From Octopus sinensis (lineage: Eukaryota), in the NCBI RefSeq assembly GCF_006345805.1, contig NC_043017.1, positions 9,052,001 to 9,116,000 on the forward strand: a stretch of 64,000 nt of DNA. The letters run 5' to 3'. Numbering within the stretch: position 1 is the first letter of the stretch; each line of letters starts with the position of its first letter. The position numbers and the translations under genes were made by a program. Shown piece by piece: positions 13,204 to 26,728 of this stretch. The notes beneath the pieces were generated by a model, which did no database searches, was not told the DNA's origin, and saw only the letters and a program-made list of their open reading frames with translations.

Positions 13204-16200
13204 GTATCCCTTAATCCCAACACCCCATATATGTACACATAACTATCTGATCTATATATATATATATATATATGGCTATGTGGTAAAAAGTTTGATTCCA
13301 GGTTCAATCCCACTGCATAGCACTTTGGACAAATGCCTCAGACCTACCAATGCCTTGTGGGTGGATTTGTTAGACAGAAACTGAAAGAAGCCCATCATAT
13401 GTATGTGTGTTTGTGTTTGCCCCTGCTGTCACCACTTGACAATCAGTGTTGCTGTGTTTATGTCCCCATAACTTAGCAGTTCGGCAAAGGAGTCCATCTG
13501 GCAGAAGTGAGTCATCCTGCGACGGTCTGGCGTCCCATCCAGGTGGGGAATATACACACCATGAAAACTGGGAAACTGGGCCCTTTATGAGGCGGTATGG
13601 CTTGAGAATGGAAACCTTAACTGATCAGGAGATACGATCAGCTGTAAATGTGCAGTGTGACCTATTTACATCTGAGTGGACTGGAGCCACATAAAATGAA
13701 TTGCCTTGCTCAAGGACACAATGTGCTGCTTGGTTTGGGAATTGAACCCACAGTCTAGCAATTGTGACAGCAATACCCTAACCACCAGGCCACATGCTTT
13801 CACACACACATATATACAGATGTGTCTTCATGTGTGTGTGTGTGTGTGTGTTAATATTCTTCAGTGCGTATTGGCCCCTGTTTCTCCCCCAGTTCTTGCC
13901 ATCCCTTGTGCCACAATGTCTGTGCTGTGTTTTCATGATTCTCTGCAGATTGAGAGATTTTTTTCCAATCTTAGAATGTTTTGTTGTGTTTACAGAAGAA
14001 TGGTTTTAGTGTGTTTGTTTTTTTTTTATTGTTGTTGCTGCCACCCCTCTCACCCTGTCACCCCCTCCCCTCCAGGTACCCAATCTTACCATCACAGGGC
14101 CATTCTCTCTCTCCCTCTCTCTCTCTCTCTCAACTTCCCCACCTCTCTCACTAGACACCCGCCCTCACCCTGTCACAACCTCCCTTTCTCTCTCTCTCTC
14201 TCTCTCTTACTCATGCATTGCATCTTCTCCTCTTCTACTGTTGCATCTCCCCCCACTCCCACCCCATACAACTATACTGTGATTGAGAAGAGTGAGAGTT
14301 GATGATGCAAGGTTAGAGAGAGAGGGGGGGATAGAACGGGAGAGAGGGGGATAGAATAGGAGAGAGAGGGGGGAGAGATCGGGAGAGAGAGAGGGGAGAG
14401 AGAGAGGGGAGAGAGAGGGGAGAGAGAGGGGAGAGAGCACTGCCATGCTCCTGTGGGAAACTGTTTGATATTTTGAAACTGGGTCCCTGTCTCTACTACC
14501 ACCGACACCACCTTCACAACCTTTCTTCTATCTCTTTCTCTTTCTGTCCATCTCTCTATCTCTGTCTATTGGTCTGTCTGTGTGTCTATCTGTCTTGTTC
14601 TTTCTCTTTCACTTCTTTCTAGGAATCCTGGTGTTGATGATGATGGTGATGATGATGATTGTCATCTGCTATAGTGGATGATGATAGTGGTGGTGGTGAT
14701 GGAGGTCATCATCAATAGTAGCTGATGATGATGATGATGAGCCAACAATGGTGCTGCTGTTGTTGATATTGTTGATGATGATGGTGATGATAATGAGGAC
14801 ATTGACAGGAACATTGGCCACCAATGACAACAACAGCATTGTTGTTGCTTTTGCTGGTTGTCTTTGTCGTTATGACATACAGTAATTATCTTTCTCATTT
14901 CCCCTCCCCCCCCACACTTCCTTAACACCAAGAGAACCTTTACCCCCCCATATCCTGTTAAGGTGAGATTACTGGGTGGAGCAAGTCAATCCCAGTTATT
15001 GACTGGTGTTTTAATTCATCGATCATGAAGGGATGGAAGGCAGACTTGGCTTGGATAGGATTTGAACTCACAATGTAAAGCTTTGAAAGACGTACAGCAA
15101 AGCACTTTGTTAGAGGCTCTGATGTTTCATGTCCCATGTGTTGTTGAAACTGATACAGGTGATATCAGTACAAGTGTCATGTCCATCATTTTACGCACAC
15201 ACACACGTGCTATATTGTCTAGTGATGACGACCTTCAAGATGGGAGTGAGACAATGTCGACTGTGTGCATGGAGCGCTGCCTGCAGCTTCCTTATGCAGT
15301 AGAAGATGACATGACAATCACTTGGTGCATAACACACAGACACACACACACTTGCAGTCGATAGCAAGCAATGACGACCTTTGCAGACAGGTGCTGCACA
15401 TGCAGTTCCCACACAGTTTTCATGTACCAAATTCATTCGCAGGGCCTCATCAGCTTGGGACTATAGTAGAAAGCACTTGCCAGAGTGCTGTGCAGTGGGA
15501 CTGATCCCAAGACCTAATGGTTGGGAAGCAAGTACCTTAACCACACATCAAGACCTCTGTGTGTGTGTGTGTTTGTATGTTGGTGCAGGCCTGGCTGCGT
15601 GGTAAGAAGTTTGCTTTCCAACTACATAGTTCTGGGTTCAGTCCCACTGTGAGCAAGTGTTTTCTTCTATGGCCCTGGGTCAACCGAAGCCTTGTGAGTA
15701 TGTTTTGTAGATAGAAACTGAAAGAAGCCCATTGCACGCATGCGCATGTGTGTCTTCGTGTCTACTTGACAACCGATGTTGGTGTGCTTACATCCCCATA
15801 ACCTAGCAGTTTGGCAGAAGAGACCAATAGAATAAATACCAGGCTTAAAGAAAATAATAAAATAAATAAATAAATGCTGGGGTTGATTTATTCAACTAAA
15901 ATTCCCCAAGGTGATGCCCCAGCATGGCCACAGTCTAAGGGCTGAGACAAGTAAAAGTTAAAAGATATATAAATATGAAATATTGCTATGTTCTTCTTGC
16001 CTTGATTATTTAGTAATGTCTCTTAGGAAGTGTCACATGTCCCACCACCACCACCACCACCACCACCTCCTGACCACCATCATCATCCATCAACATCAAA
16101 GATGTTTGGCCGTTGACACCCAACTCCATCACATTCCATGCAGTTGCACAGATGCGATAGGATTGTGTTGACAACCAGGTTGCAGCTGTGCAACAAAACC

Positions 16201-16284
16201 ACCTGACACAATCTCTGGTATTTATTGCATAAAGTTGACACCTTGCAATAAATAATACAGCATACTCACATTGCCTGCATAATA

Positions 16285-16680
16285 TACTCTTTTACTTGTT
16301 TCAGTCCTTTGACTGCGGCCATGCTGGAGCACCGCCCTTAATCGAGCAACTTGACCCCGGGACTTATTCTTTATAAGCCCAGTACTTATTCTATCGGGCT
16401 CTTTTTGCCGAACCGCTAAGTGATGGGGACGTAAACACACCAGCATCGGTTGTCAAGCAATGCTAGGGGGACAAACACAGACACACAAACACACACACAC
16501 ATACATATTTATATACATATATACGACAGGCTTCTTTCAGTTTCCATCTACCAAATCCACTCACAAGGCTTTGGTCGGCCCGAGGCTATAGTAGAAGACA
16601 CTTGCCCAAGGTGCCGCACAGTGGGACTGAACCCGGAACCATGTGGTTGGTAAACAAGCTACTTACCACACAGCCACTCC
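16285..16680 (-). mobile_element. tRNA-derived SINE family A with internal (TA/TG)n, full length
   Basis: Head tggctgtgtggtaag...gggttcagtcccac, tail aaacaagtaaaagagta. Homologous copies at 3617-3960(+), 15590-15960(+), 19960-20372(-), 33361-33730(-), 41982-42335(+), 57377-57756(-) and 62179-62585(-). Confidence 0.88.
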
Positions 16681-16682
16681 TT

Positions 16683-16715
<33 letters not shown>

Positions 16716-16785
16716 TATATATGTATAGATATATACATATTGTTTTATTCTTCTATTTGTTTCAGTGGCTCTCATGGCTTCTGAT

Positions 16786-17500
16786 CTTAACTGATTTGTC
16801 TTGGTATAAAAGATGGGCTACAGCAAATATTCTGCTCAATACCACAGATTTGCTTGTCAGTTGCTTGACTGTAACCAGTTGACCATGTCTCTTGGTGGTT
16901 GACAATATGTGCATCTCTGATCATGAGCAGAAGTAGTGGAGGAGCATCATAGCCACTTGTTGAGAGGGATTCTTTAAGGTTTGAATAATTCACCTCTGAA
17001 AACATGGGTGTTTTGTTCAACATCTTTAAACAATCCTTATTCAGGGATCTTTTGAGTAGGATGGGCTACTCGGCGTGAAGAAAATTCTAACTGGGCCCCA
17101 TCTACTAGGTCATGTGCTGTTTATCTTGATGTGAGATGACCATATCATGTACACTTGGTTGTGATGCATGTGCCTGGTGTACCCTTATTAGCCAGGTAGT
17201 CATGATGGGTATAATGGGCTTCGTATATTTGTAAAGTTAATCCAAACATGAAAGCACAAAAGAAACACAACAACGCAAGGACGTGGAACAAATATAGTAT
17301 TATTGGACGCTCAGGAAAGAAGGAGTGTTTAACGTTTCGAGCGGAGCTCTTCGTCGGAAACATAGAAGGAAAGATCCAGAGAAGGGAAAACAGAGGGAAA
17401 AAAATCGCCAACGGTACACACGCGGTCACATTTTTGACCCCAGTGTCACTTTGATGGCATGCACTGCTCTCTCACTCAATAATAATAATAATAATAACAA
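16786..17500 (+). mobile_element. Retroposon 3' end with (AAT)n tail, interrupted by a Penelope-like fragment
   Basis: Non-microsatellite segment ending ctctcactc(aat)n; clade not determined. Confidence 0.4.
17231..17430 (-). mobile_element. Penelope-like fragment with minimal hammerhead variant at 17326-17362, nested in another retroposon
   Basis: Same core as the 12798 copy, with stem I TGTTT/AAACA; it interrupts the (AAT)n-tailed element at 16786-17500. Confidence 0.7.
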
Positions 17501-18430
17501 TTTGCCTGAATGGTGTTGTATGAGGGGGCATTCATAATGATTTCTTTATTAACCACAAGGGTTTACATTAAGAAAAACATTATGGACAGTACAGGACAAA
17601 GCAAAGAGTGTGTGAGTGTGTGTTGTAAGGGTTTTGCTTGTAAACAAGACTAACAAAATTTTAAAAATCAACAATGTGTGATCCTCAATAGGGAGGAGCT
17701 GTTTGAGGGCTGCTCAGGGTCATTATATCAACAAATGGAATGAAAGCAAAGGAAAAACACTTTACTTTGAGTTATATTGGGGGGGGGGTAGGGGGGGCAA
17801 ATTGAAGAAACAAAGGGAAATCTTAAAAGGGTGAAGTAACTTGTATAAGTGTGTGTGTCCCCCTATAACTGGTGGGACGTGGGGGTGAGATAGTAATTAT
17901 GTGAGGGAGGGGCAATGAGAAGAGCTGTGATGTCCAAAGCTCATCATCATCTCTCCTTCACTGACACCACCACTGCCCTTCCCTGCTTCTAGATGACATT
18001 AGTAAAGTTAGATGTTGACTGGGGAACTGGGTTCATTGGGTGGGCATTGACTTGTTGTCTTATGGGGGTCATTAGGAACTGTCACATCAGCATCATCATC
18101 ATCATCAACGCCAAGCCCACCAGCAGCAGCATCATCATCATCATCATCATCATCATAATATTATCATCATCATCATCAACTTCATGACCACCACCAGAAT
18201 TAAGTCCACTAACATCATAATTCCCCCCCCCACAAAGACCATTAGCATAATGGTGTACACCCCCACCCCTATCATCATCATCATTATCTGAAGCAGCATC
18301 AGTATGAAGACCTTCATCACATCATCATCATTATCACCATCATTATCACCATTGGTGCCATTAATCATCAACATCATCTTCACCATTAACATCTTCATCC
18401 TCATCAGCGTGTGTGTGCACTTACCACCAT

Positions 18431-18469
<39 letters not shown>

Positions 18470-19346
18470 CACTGCCATTGTACCTACTATAAAAAACAAT
18501 GCCATTTACCACCACCACCATCACACTTATCACCATCATCTTTGTAATCACCTATCACACACACATGCACAAACTACCATTTGTGTGTGTGCACACACAT
18601 ATGCCTATTATCACTGCAACTACTACCACCGCTACCTCCACCACTACCAACAACAACACCATTGTTGCTACCACCATTTTTTCACCACGACCACCACCAC
18701 AAACTTTTTTGTTTTCCCAGTATTTCTGGCATTGTTGTTGTCAGTGGTGGTGGTGTTGGTGGTGATGATTGTGGCATAGATAGTGGTGATAAGGGTAGTG
18801 ATGGGTGCGGCAGCGATTGTGCTGGGGTGGGAGAAAGCAGCCGTTAGGGGTACAGAAACATTGGTAGAAGTTGAGATTTAAACATTTTTTCTTTTTTTTT
18901 AAAGTTTTCTAATTTTGTTTATTTACGGTAAGAGTGAATGCAGCCAGTCTCCATCTGCTAGTCTGCCTGTCTGCCTGTCTGTGACACCCTGGTGGGATCA
19001 CACACCCCACTAACCTCCCTCTTACATTCCTGCCCTCCCCCACCTCTGTTTTCTAAGAATCTTGCTGCCGTCTGTGAGAACCGTTCTTGACAAACTTGCA
19101 ACATTCTTGCTGTTCTTCTTCTCTGCTGTTGTTATTGTTGTTATCGTTGTCGTCATCATCATCATCGTCGTCTCTATCCTCACTGTCACTATCATGTGAC
19201 ATCAACAAATTCTGAAAATAAACGGATTATTGTCAAATAATCTTTCTTTTTTCTCAGAAACCATCACCACCATCATCATTGGTCTGATTTGTATTCGGTC
19301 TTTTGTGGTGACACACACACATATAATATACACACACATACATACT

Positions 19347-19380
<34 letters not shown>

Positions 19381-19389
19381 ATATAAATG

Positions 19390-19446
<57 letters not shown>

Positions 19447-19519
19447 CCTGGCCCAGCTCTTGTGGTACCATCCCACCCATGCTAGCATGGAACAGGGACA
19501 TTAAATGATGATGATGATA

Positions 19520-19551
19520 ATATATATGTATGTGTGTATGTATATATATAC

Positions 19552-19621
<70 letters not shown>

Positions 19622-19685
19622 TATATATACATATATATGTATATGTATATATATGTATATATATGTATATGTATATATATGTATA

Positions 19686-19733
<48 letters not shown>

Positions 19734-19790
19734 GTATGTATGTATGTATGTATAAACACACACACATATACACATACATATATATGTGTC
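19520..19790. repeat. Long imperfect (TA)n/(TG)n microsatellite
   Basis: Direct inspection; comparable tracts at 1333-1390, 11930-12195, 12620-12700, 46439-46484, 54067-54122 and 56710-56752. Confidence 0.95.
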
Positions 19791-20175
19791 ATCAAACTGA
19801 CTCCAAAATGTATGATGTTGGTCTGCATTGTCGAGACTTATTTTATTTAGTGAAGTTGATAAGTTGACAAAAAGAGTTCTGTGGACTTGCCTTGGGGAGT
19901 GGGAAAGTTGATGAGCTTTACATCCTGTCTGAGTGCATGTGTGTGTGTGTGTGCGCGTCTTCTTTTATTCTTTTACTTGTTTCAGTCATTTGACTGTAGC
20001 CATGCTGTAGCACCACATTAAGGGGTTTTAGTCAAACAAATCGACCCCAGGATTTATTCTTTGTAAGCCCAGTACTTATTCTGTCAGCCTCTTTTGCCAA
20101 ACCACTAGTTACAGGGGATATATACACACCAACATTGGTTGTCAAGCGTGGAGGGATACAGACACACAAATACAC

Positions 20176-20216
<41 letters not shown>

Positions 20217-22215
20217 GATGGGCTTCTTTCAGTTTCCATCTACCGAATCCACTCACAAAATTTTTGTTGGCCTGGGGCTATAGTAGGAGACACTTGCCCA
20301 AGGTGTCATGCAGTGGGACTGAACCCAGAACCATATGGTTGGGAAGCAAGCTTCTTACCACTCAGCCACGCTTGCACCACCTATATACATATTAGATTTA
20401 AATTGGATGTCAAATGGCCAGTTTATGAAGCTCCATGTGGATTCTTGTATATCGAGAGAGGAAACTGTGAAGAAGACTTGTATTATAATGTCTCCATTTC
20501 GTTTAGTTAGAGTCTACAGTTGTGTAAGTCACAGAGTTCACACACAAATCACGTGCACTGACTGCCTCTGTTATTATTGTTACTGTTTAACCCAAGATCA
20601 ACCATGATTCAACAGAGCTATGACGAAAGCTGTTCCAGATATGACCATCCTGTCTTTTTCTTGGTCTACTAATAGATTATGCAATCCGTCTGATGTAAAT
20701 GTATACATATCTCAATTTATGTGCGTTTTTTTTTTGCTCTGAAAGCAGTTGGTTGCTAAGCATAACACACATAGGAAGAAAGGGGTGCAATTTAACTTTA
20801 TTACTAATTATTATTAATTAACTTTGTGATTTAATCTTTATTACCAATTAAACGCATGGGACAAATTTTGAAAAGTAAAGGGAAATAGAAGTAGAGAGGA
20901 AATGGTTGTTCAAATGGGAATTTAAAGTTTCTTCATCTGGAGAATTTGAAAATCTCAATGTAGCTGTTTATCAGTTTATCAGAAGAATATGATCACACTA
21001 ATTGACTTATTACTAATTAGGTGTGAAATGCTATTTGCAAGGGAAACAAAATTATAAAAAAATAAATTACAGACAGAGATGAAAAGTGGGGGTGGAATAA
21101 ATGTTCCATTGAGATTTCGTGATATTTTTATTGGGATCGCAATAACATTTTTAATTAAGGACTTCTGCATGTGGAGGCATGATGAGATCAATTCTGGGTA
21201 CTTATTCATTCAGTATTTGGGTTGGGGTTTGCTATGTGTGTGTAATTGTTGCCTGTTAATGTTGCTTTATTGAATTGTGTGATTGCAAAGCTAACCTCCC
21301 GACTTCATGGCTGTGTCTGCACAGTTTTTGAAAACCTTTCTTTGTGACCCTTGTCTGCACAGTTTTTGAAAACCTTTCAAATTACCCAGGTCAAGTTACA
21401 CAGGGAACATAAGAGGACATGAAATGAGCCCTCCTTACAGATTGGGTTGCTATTAAATACCTGGTTTTAATGTAGTCCATAACTAGAGGCTTTCATTGTA
21501 GTTAAGTCCCCTTTGGTCCTGATTTAGCAAACCTGTGGTCAAAGGTATTCTTCCTTCCATGACCATCCTGTTGAAATATGTTATTCAATGTTATTTTCTT
21601 TGCCAAGACATTAGAGGGTGATTTGATGAAGAACAAGCTGCTATTTCTGGTAGTTTGAGTGACCACATGGGTAGGTTCCTTGCAAGACCCCATCTCCCTG
21701 CCTTTGTCTTTTAAGACATACCATAACACCATTATTGTCTAATGAGACACACAGCAGATTTAGAGTGCTGTTCTTGCATGGTGGGACCTGTTAACAGCTA
21801 GGTGGACACAGAGGCAGGAAGACCAGTGGTCAGACTGTTGGGCTGATGATTGTAAAGTCTAGGGTTCAAGTGTCAGGCCAGGTTAACCCTTAGGCAAGGC
21901 ACTTCATTTCACATTGCTCCTACAGGCCACTCAACTGAAAATGAGTTACACCTGCCACAATATTGGTATTTCTGAGACGATAAAATTATTAGCCCTGCTC
22001 CCATATCTTGTAAATTCATGAAGTCGTTAGCCCTTGATCACTATAACACATTAGGTGATGATGATGATGCAAATGAAATTTTGTTTACTATCTTTTTTTT
22101 TATCCCTCGGGAGTAATTCTGCAAGATAAACAGAACGTCTGATACAAACAAATATGCTGGCAAGACACATTCTATGTGGTAGCTTGATATGCTACAATAA
22201 GCAGCTAAATCTCCC

Positions 22216-23300
22216 TTAACACTTTTGGCACCAACCTGCCCGAGACCACCCTTGGTCCTCGTACAAGCTTCCTGTTTTAAATGGATCTAAGTTAAAATCC
22301 TGCCATTGAAACTTCATATCAAAATTATGCTTAATAATGACAATTATTTTACCAAATTCTTCAGTATTGCCAAAATTAACTGAAACAGAATTACTGTTTT
22401 TCACCAGAGATATGGTAACAAAAGGGTTAAAATGGTCTAAATTAAAACCTTCCATCAAAATTTCATGTTAATTCATGTTCCAAATACCAGATTAATAACG
22501 ACGAAATTGTTTTATGAAATCTTTAATTATTTCCAAAATTAATTGAAACAAAGATGGTTAAAGTGATCTAAATTAAAAAACTCCCATCAAAATCTTATGT
22601 TAACCCTTTTGTTACCATATTTCTGTTGAGATGTTCTGTGTTTCTTTCAATTAATTTTAAACATAACAAAGAATTTAGTAAAATAACTTTATTATTAAGC
22701 TAGTGTTAGGAAGATAAATTGTGACAAAGATTTGGTGGAAGATTTTAATTAAAAACTTATGAAAAACAAGACATTTGTACTACAAAGCCAGAAGCGGTTT
22801 CAGCCAAGTTGATATCAAAAGGGTTAAGAATTGTTTCTCTATTATATATTTTAACCCTTTTGTTACCAAATATCTGTGGAGATGCTCTTTGTTTCTTTCA
22901 ATTAATTTTAAACATAACAAAGAATTTGGTAAAATAATTTAGTTATCATTAAGCTAGTGTTAGGAACATAAATTGTGGCTATGGTTTGGTGGAAGATTTT
23001 AATTCAGAACTTATGAAAACAAGACATTTGTACTACAGAACCAGGCAGGTTGGTATCAAAAGGGTAAAAGTATAACAACAAGATTGTTTTCCTTAATTTC
23101 TCATTATTTGCAAAATTAATCAAAACCAAGGCAATATTCTTCAACAGAAATATAGTAACAAAAGGATTGAAACGATTTAGGTTAAAACTTCCATCAAACT
23201 TGATGATAAAATTGTTCCAGACATCAACCAAATAATGACAAAGTAATTTTCCTTGATTCTTCAGGATTTTCAAAATTAAGTATTTCAACAGAAATTTGTC
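22216..23300. mobile_element. Cluster of TTAA-flanked MITEs (piggyBac-like), including 22220-22426, 22604-22823 and 22855-23064
   Basis: TTAA|CCCTTTTG...CAAAAGGG|TTAA termini repeated several times; another copy at ~53095-53303. Confidence 0.7.
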
Positions 23301-23590
23301 AGCAGAATCTATCATGATGTATAATCTACGGCTCCAGTGTCACTTGGGGCTGGATAATGTGTGGAATGTGGTTTGGATGAAGAGGGTCCAATTAATCAGA
23401 GCTGACCGAGGGAGGTGGGGAGGGGGTTAGCTAAGCAACAACATGGGGTGAGATAGAAATTGTCAGGGTAGTTTAAGGGTAACCTGGTTTGGTTTCTCCC
23501 GCGTATTGGTGGGTTGTGAGTAGAATGATGTATTTTTGTGAGCCACTCCCCCTTGGCATCATGCATGTAGGCACACCCACATGCACGCAT

Positions 23591-23633
<43 letters not shown>

Positions 23634-25190
23634 GAGGAATTCGAGTGTCCTCCTCCCAGTATTTTATCTGTTGCATCACCATCACCTTCGTTAGCATCAT
23701 CATCATCACGACCATCATCATCAGTAATGTCACTTGAGACTTCTGATCTCCCCACCCTATTCTGCCCCACCCCGAACCCCTGGACTGTCCCACATATCCC
23801 CCCCCCTTCTCTCTCTCTCTCTTCTTCTGCTTACCCGGCTCTGCTATCAACATCCCCTACATTGGTGACATCTGGTGGCAGTACTTGTAGCTCTGCCTAT
23901 CCCTTTCCTCACTCCCTCTTTCTCTACATCATCCCACTTTATCTTCTGCAGCAGTGGCAGTGGTTGTGGTGGTGGTGGTGGTGGTGGTTCTGAGCTCTAC
24001 TGTCAGTCTGTCTGTGAATGTCACACACCATCATCACCACCACTACAACTGTCACTACCATCCCTATACTACTGCTATTATTACTCTCCTCCTCATCTTC
24101 CTCCTCATCACCATCTCCATCACTGCTGACATCACCACCCACCATTGCTCATGGCAACCACAACAGTTATCATCATCACCATCACTTACAACTTGCCATC
24201 ATCACTATCATCATCTTCATCACTGCCACCACCATCAATACCTTCTAACCATGACCATCACACCAAAATCATTGCAGGTAGCCCACTCCTATTATTACTA
24301 TGACGACGACAACGACCACCACCACCATTATGCCATCACCACCATAACCTCCACTACCATCATTACAACTACCACTACCACCACCACCACCACCACTTTC
24401 ACCATAACCCCCACTTCCTCTCACCACCCACCATTTTGTCCCCTCTCCCCTTCTCCTCCGTTGCCCTGGATATTTGTGGGATCAAATTTCAACCTCATTC
24501 CTTCCATCTGTAACCATCCCATATAACTTTGTTGTGAGAGGAAGATGATGATCCGCCCCCCCTCCCCCCACGTCTCCCTCCTTTTCATCCTCCTTAATAC
24601 TTATTATTGTTGCTGTTGTTGTTGTTGCTGGAAGTGGTGACGATATAGTGGAGGGGGGGAGGTGCTTGTGATATAAGCAGTTATGAAGATGGTGGTGGTA
24701 TTGGTCTACAGTGATGGTCGTGGTTTCGGTGTGGGGCTGGCTGGCGATGGGTGTAGGGTTTTCGTCCCACTCACTTCAACCGTGATCAATTAGGCAGATT
24801 CTAACATCAAAAGATGTTCCCACCATGCCCATCCTATCTTATTCATGGACACATAAGTACACCTAAGACTATCTTATTGAATTTGCACTTTGTCCCCCTC
24901 CCCCCTAGCTTTTTTTTCTCTTTTTCTTTCTGTTTTTGAAGATGACAGGGTGTGATTAAAAGATGTGGTTGTTGTTTTTATCAGGGTTGCACGCTGCTTG
25001 GGAACCCAGTTCTTTAATCCCTTTATACTGTGTGCTGGTGTCATCATCATCATCATAGTCATTGTTATTATTTAACTTGATGTCATTCTTGATTAAGTAG
25101 CCCTTTGTGATCAGATGCATTCCATCTGTGATCTTACCCGCTCCCTCATTGTTTTTCTCAGGATATTATAAAATCATATTATACAATGTG

Positions 25191-25416
25191 TGAGCTGGCA
25201 GAAACGTTAGCACACCGGGCGAAATGCTTAGCGGTATTGCATCTGTCGTTGCATTCTGAGTTCAAATTCCGCCGAGGTTGACTTTGCCTTTCATCCTTTC
25301 GGGGTCGATAAATTAAGTACCAGTTACGCACTGGGGTCGATGTAATCGACTTAATCCGTTTGTCTGTCCTTGTTTGTCCCCTTTATGTTTAGCCCCTTGT
25401 GGGCAATAAAGAAACA
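25191..25416 (+). mobile_element. tRNA-derived SINE family B, young copy with a 16-bp TSD
   Basis: A/B-box-like tggcagaaacg / gagttcaaattcc; TSD catattatacaatgtg at 25175-25190 and 25417-25432. A near-identical copy lies at 54557-54783 (-), with many decayed copies elsewhere. Confidence 0.85.
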
Positions 25417-26019
25417 CATATTATACAATGTGGCCTTCCTTTTTTCTCCCCACCAAAATTTTAAGCTGTTTTTAGTTGCTATTTCTAGTACTTAGTGGCA
25501 CCATGTTCCAGAGGTTCCCTTGAGAGTTTGTGGTGGTGTTGGTTGTGATATTGGTGTGGGCATTTGCCCGTTGTTGTTTAGCCCCCAAATCAACCATTAT
25601 CCAGCAGGCTTTATAACCCTCTCAACTATAGGCACAAGGCCGGAACTTTTTGGTGGGGAGGAGGCTAGTTGATTACATCAACCCCAGTACACGACTGGTA
25701 CTTATTTCATTGGCTTTGAAGGGATAAAAAGTGAAAAGTTAGCCTCGTTGGAATTTGAACTTGAATCGTAAAACCAGACAAAAATTGCCTCTAAGCATTT
25801 TGTCCGGCAAGTTCATGATTCTACTAGCTTGCCACCTTAACAGGCCTTATGACCCCCAGTGCTTTCCTTTGCTGACAGTTAGTGTATTTAAGGGTACATT
25901 ATCCAATGTTCTTGCATTACTCCAACAATAGGATGACATTTGGTTGTTATTTCTAGTAGATTGAGAAGTCTTAAAAAAAAAGACTCCTTTAACTTTTTAC
26001 CTGTCCTGTTTATCACACG

Positions 26020-26223
26020 ATACGATACCAGAAAAGGATTCTCGATTATTTTTCCTGTTTTTTTACTCAATTTTTGAGAGAGTTGGGTTCATTTTTAGTA
26101 TTCTCATTTGTGAGAGAAGTCGAGTTTTTTTTCCAGATTTTCTCATTTAAAAAATCATCTCTGGCTAATCATTGAGAGGATGTTGGTGTTGCCTTGGTGG
26201 AGGTTTACACTCTCTGAATGCTC

Positions 26224-26230
<7 letters not shown>
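26020..26230 (+). mobile_element. 3' part of the same HINE-like family
   Basis: Aligns by eye to the reverse complement of 48400-48560; ends ccttggtggaggtttacactct. Confidence 0.55.
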
Positions 26231-26260
<30 letters not shown>

Positions 26261-26653
26261 GGCAGTGAGCTGGCAGAATTGTTAGCATGCTGGACGAAAA
26301 GCTTAGCAGTATTTCGTGTGCTGCTACGTTCTGAGTTCAAATTCCACCGAGGTTGACTTTGCCTTTCATCTTTTCAGGGTCGATTAAATAAGTACCAGTT
26401 ACGCACTGGTGTCGATGTAACCGACTTAATCCCTTCCCCCAAATTTGAGGCCTTGTGCTTCCAGTAGAATGCATTATTATTATTATCATCATTATTATTT
26501 GGAAACAAAATATTTGTATGATTAATGTATGTACAGTATGTGTGCATGTATATAATGTATGTATGTGTGTGTGTATAGTGACTGTACCCCTTTTCATTGT
26601 TGATCAGCTTTGATGATTTTTCTCCATGTTTATTCTTTTGTGTTACCTTTCAG

Positions 26654-26728
26654 ATATTGTCTTGGTTTCATCTCATCTAAACTCTCCCTGGAATTGGCCA
26701 ACAAAGTATCTGCCTCATCATTCTGCAG
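26654..26728 (+). CDS. IMP3: IMP3 (U3 snoRNP protein) internal coding exon, YCLGFISSKLSLELANKVSASSFCR
   Basis: Acceptor ctttcag|, donor |gtaagt; 75 nt, phase 2/2. Translation matches the IMP3 ..SLEL...V.ASSFCRRRLP region and splices in frame to 28057. Confidence 0.93.

Noticed and set aside
21314-21378. 27-bp direct repeat tgtctgcacagtttttgaaaacctttc with a short spacer
   Set aside because: Only two copies; most simply a small slippage or repair duplication.
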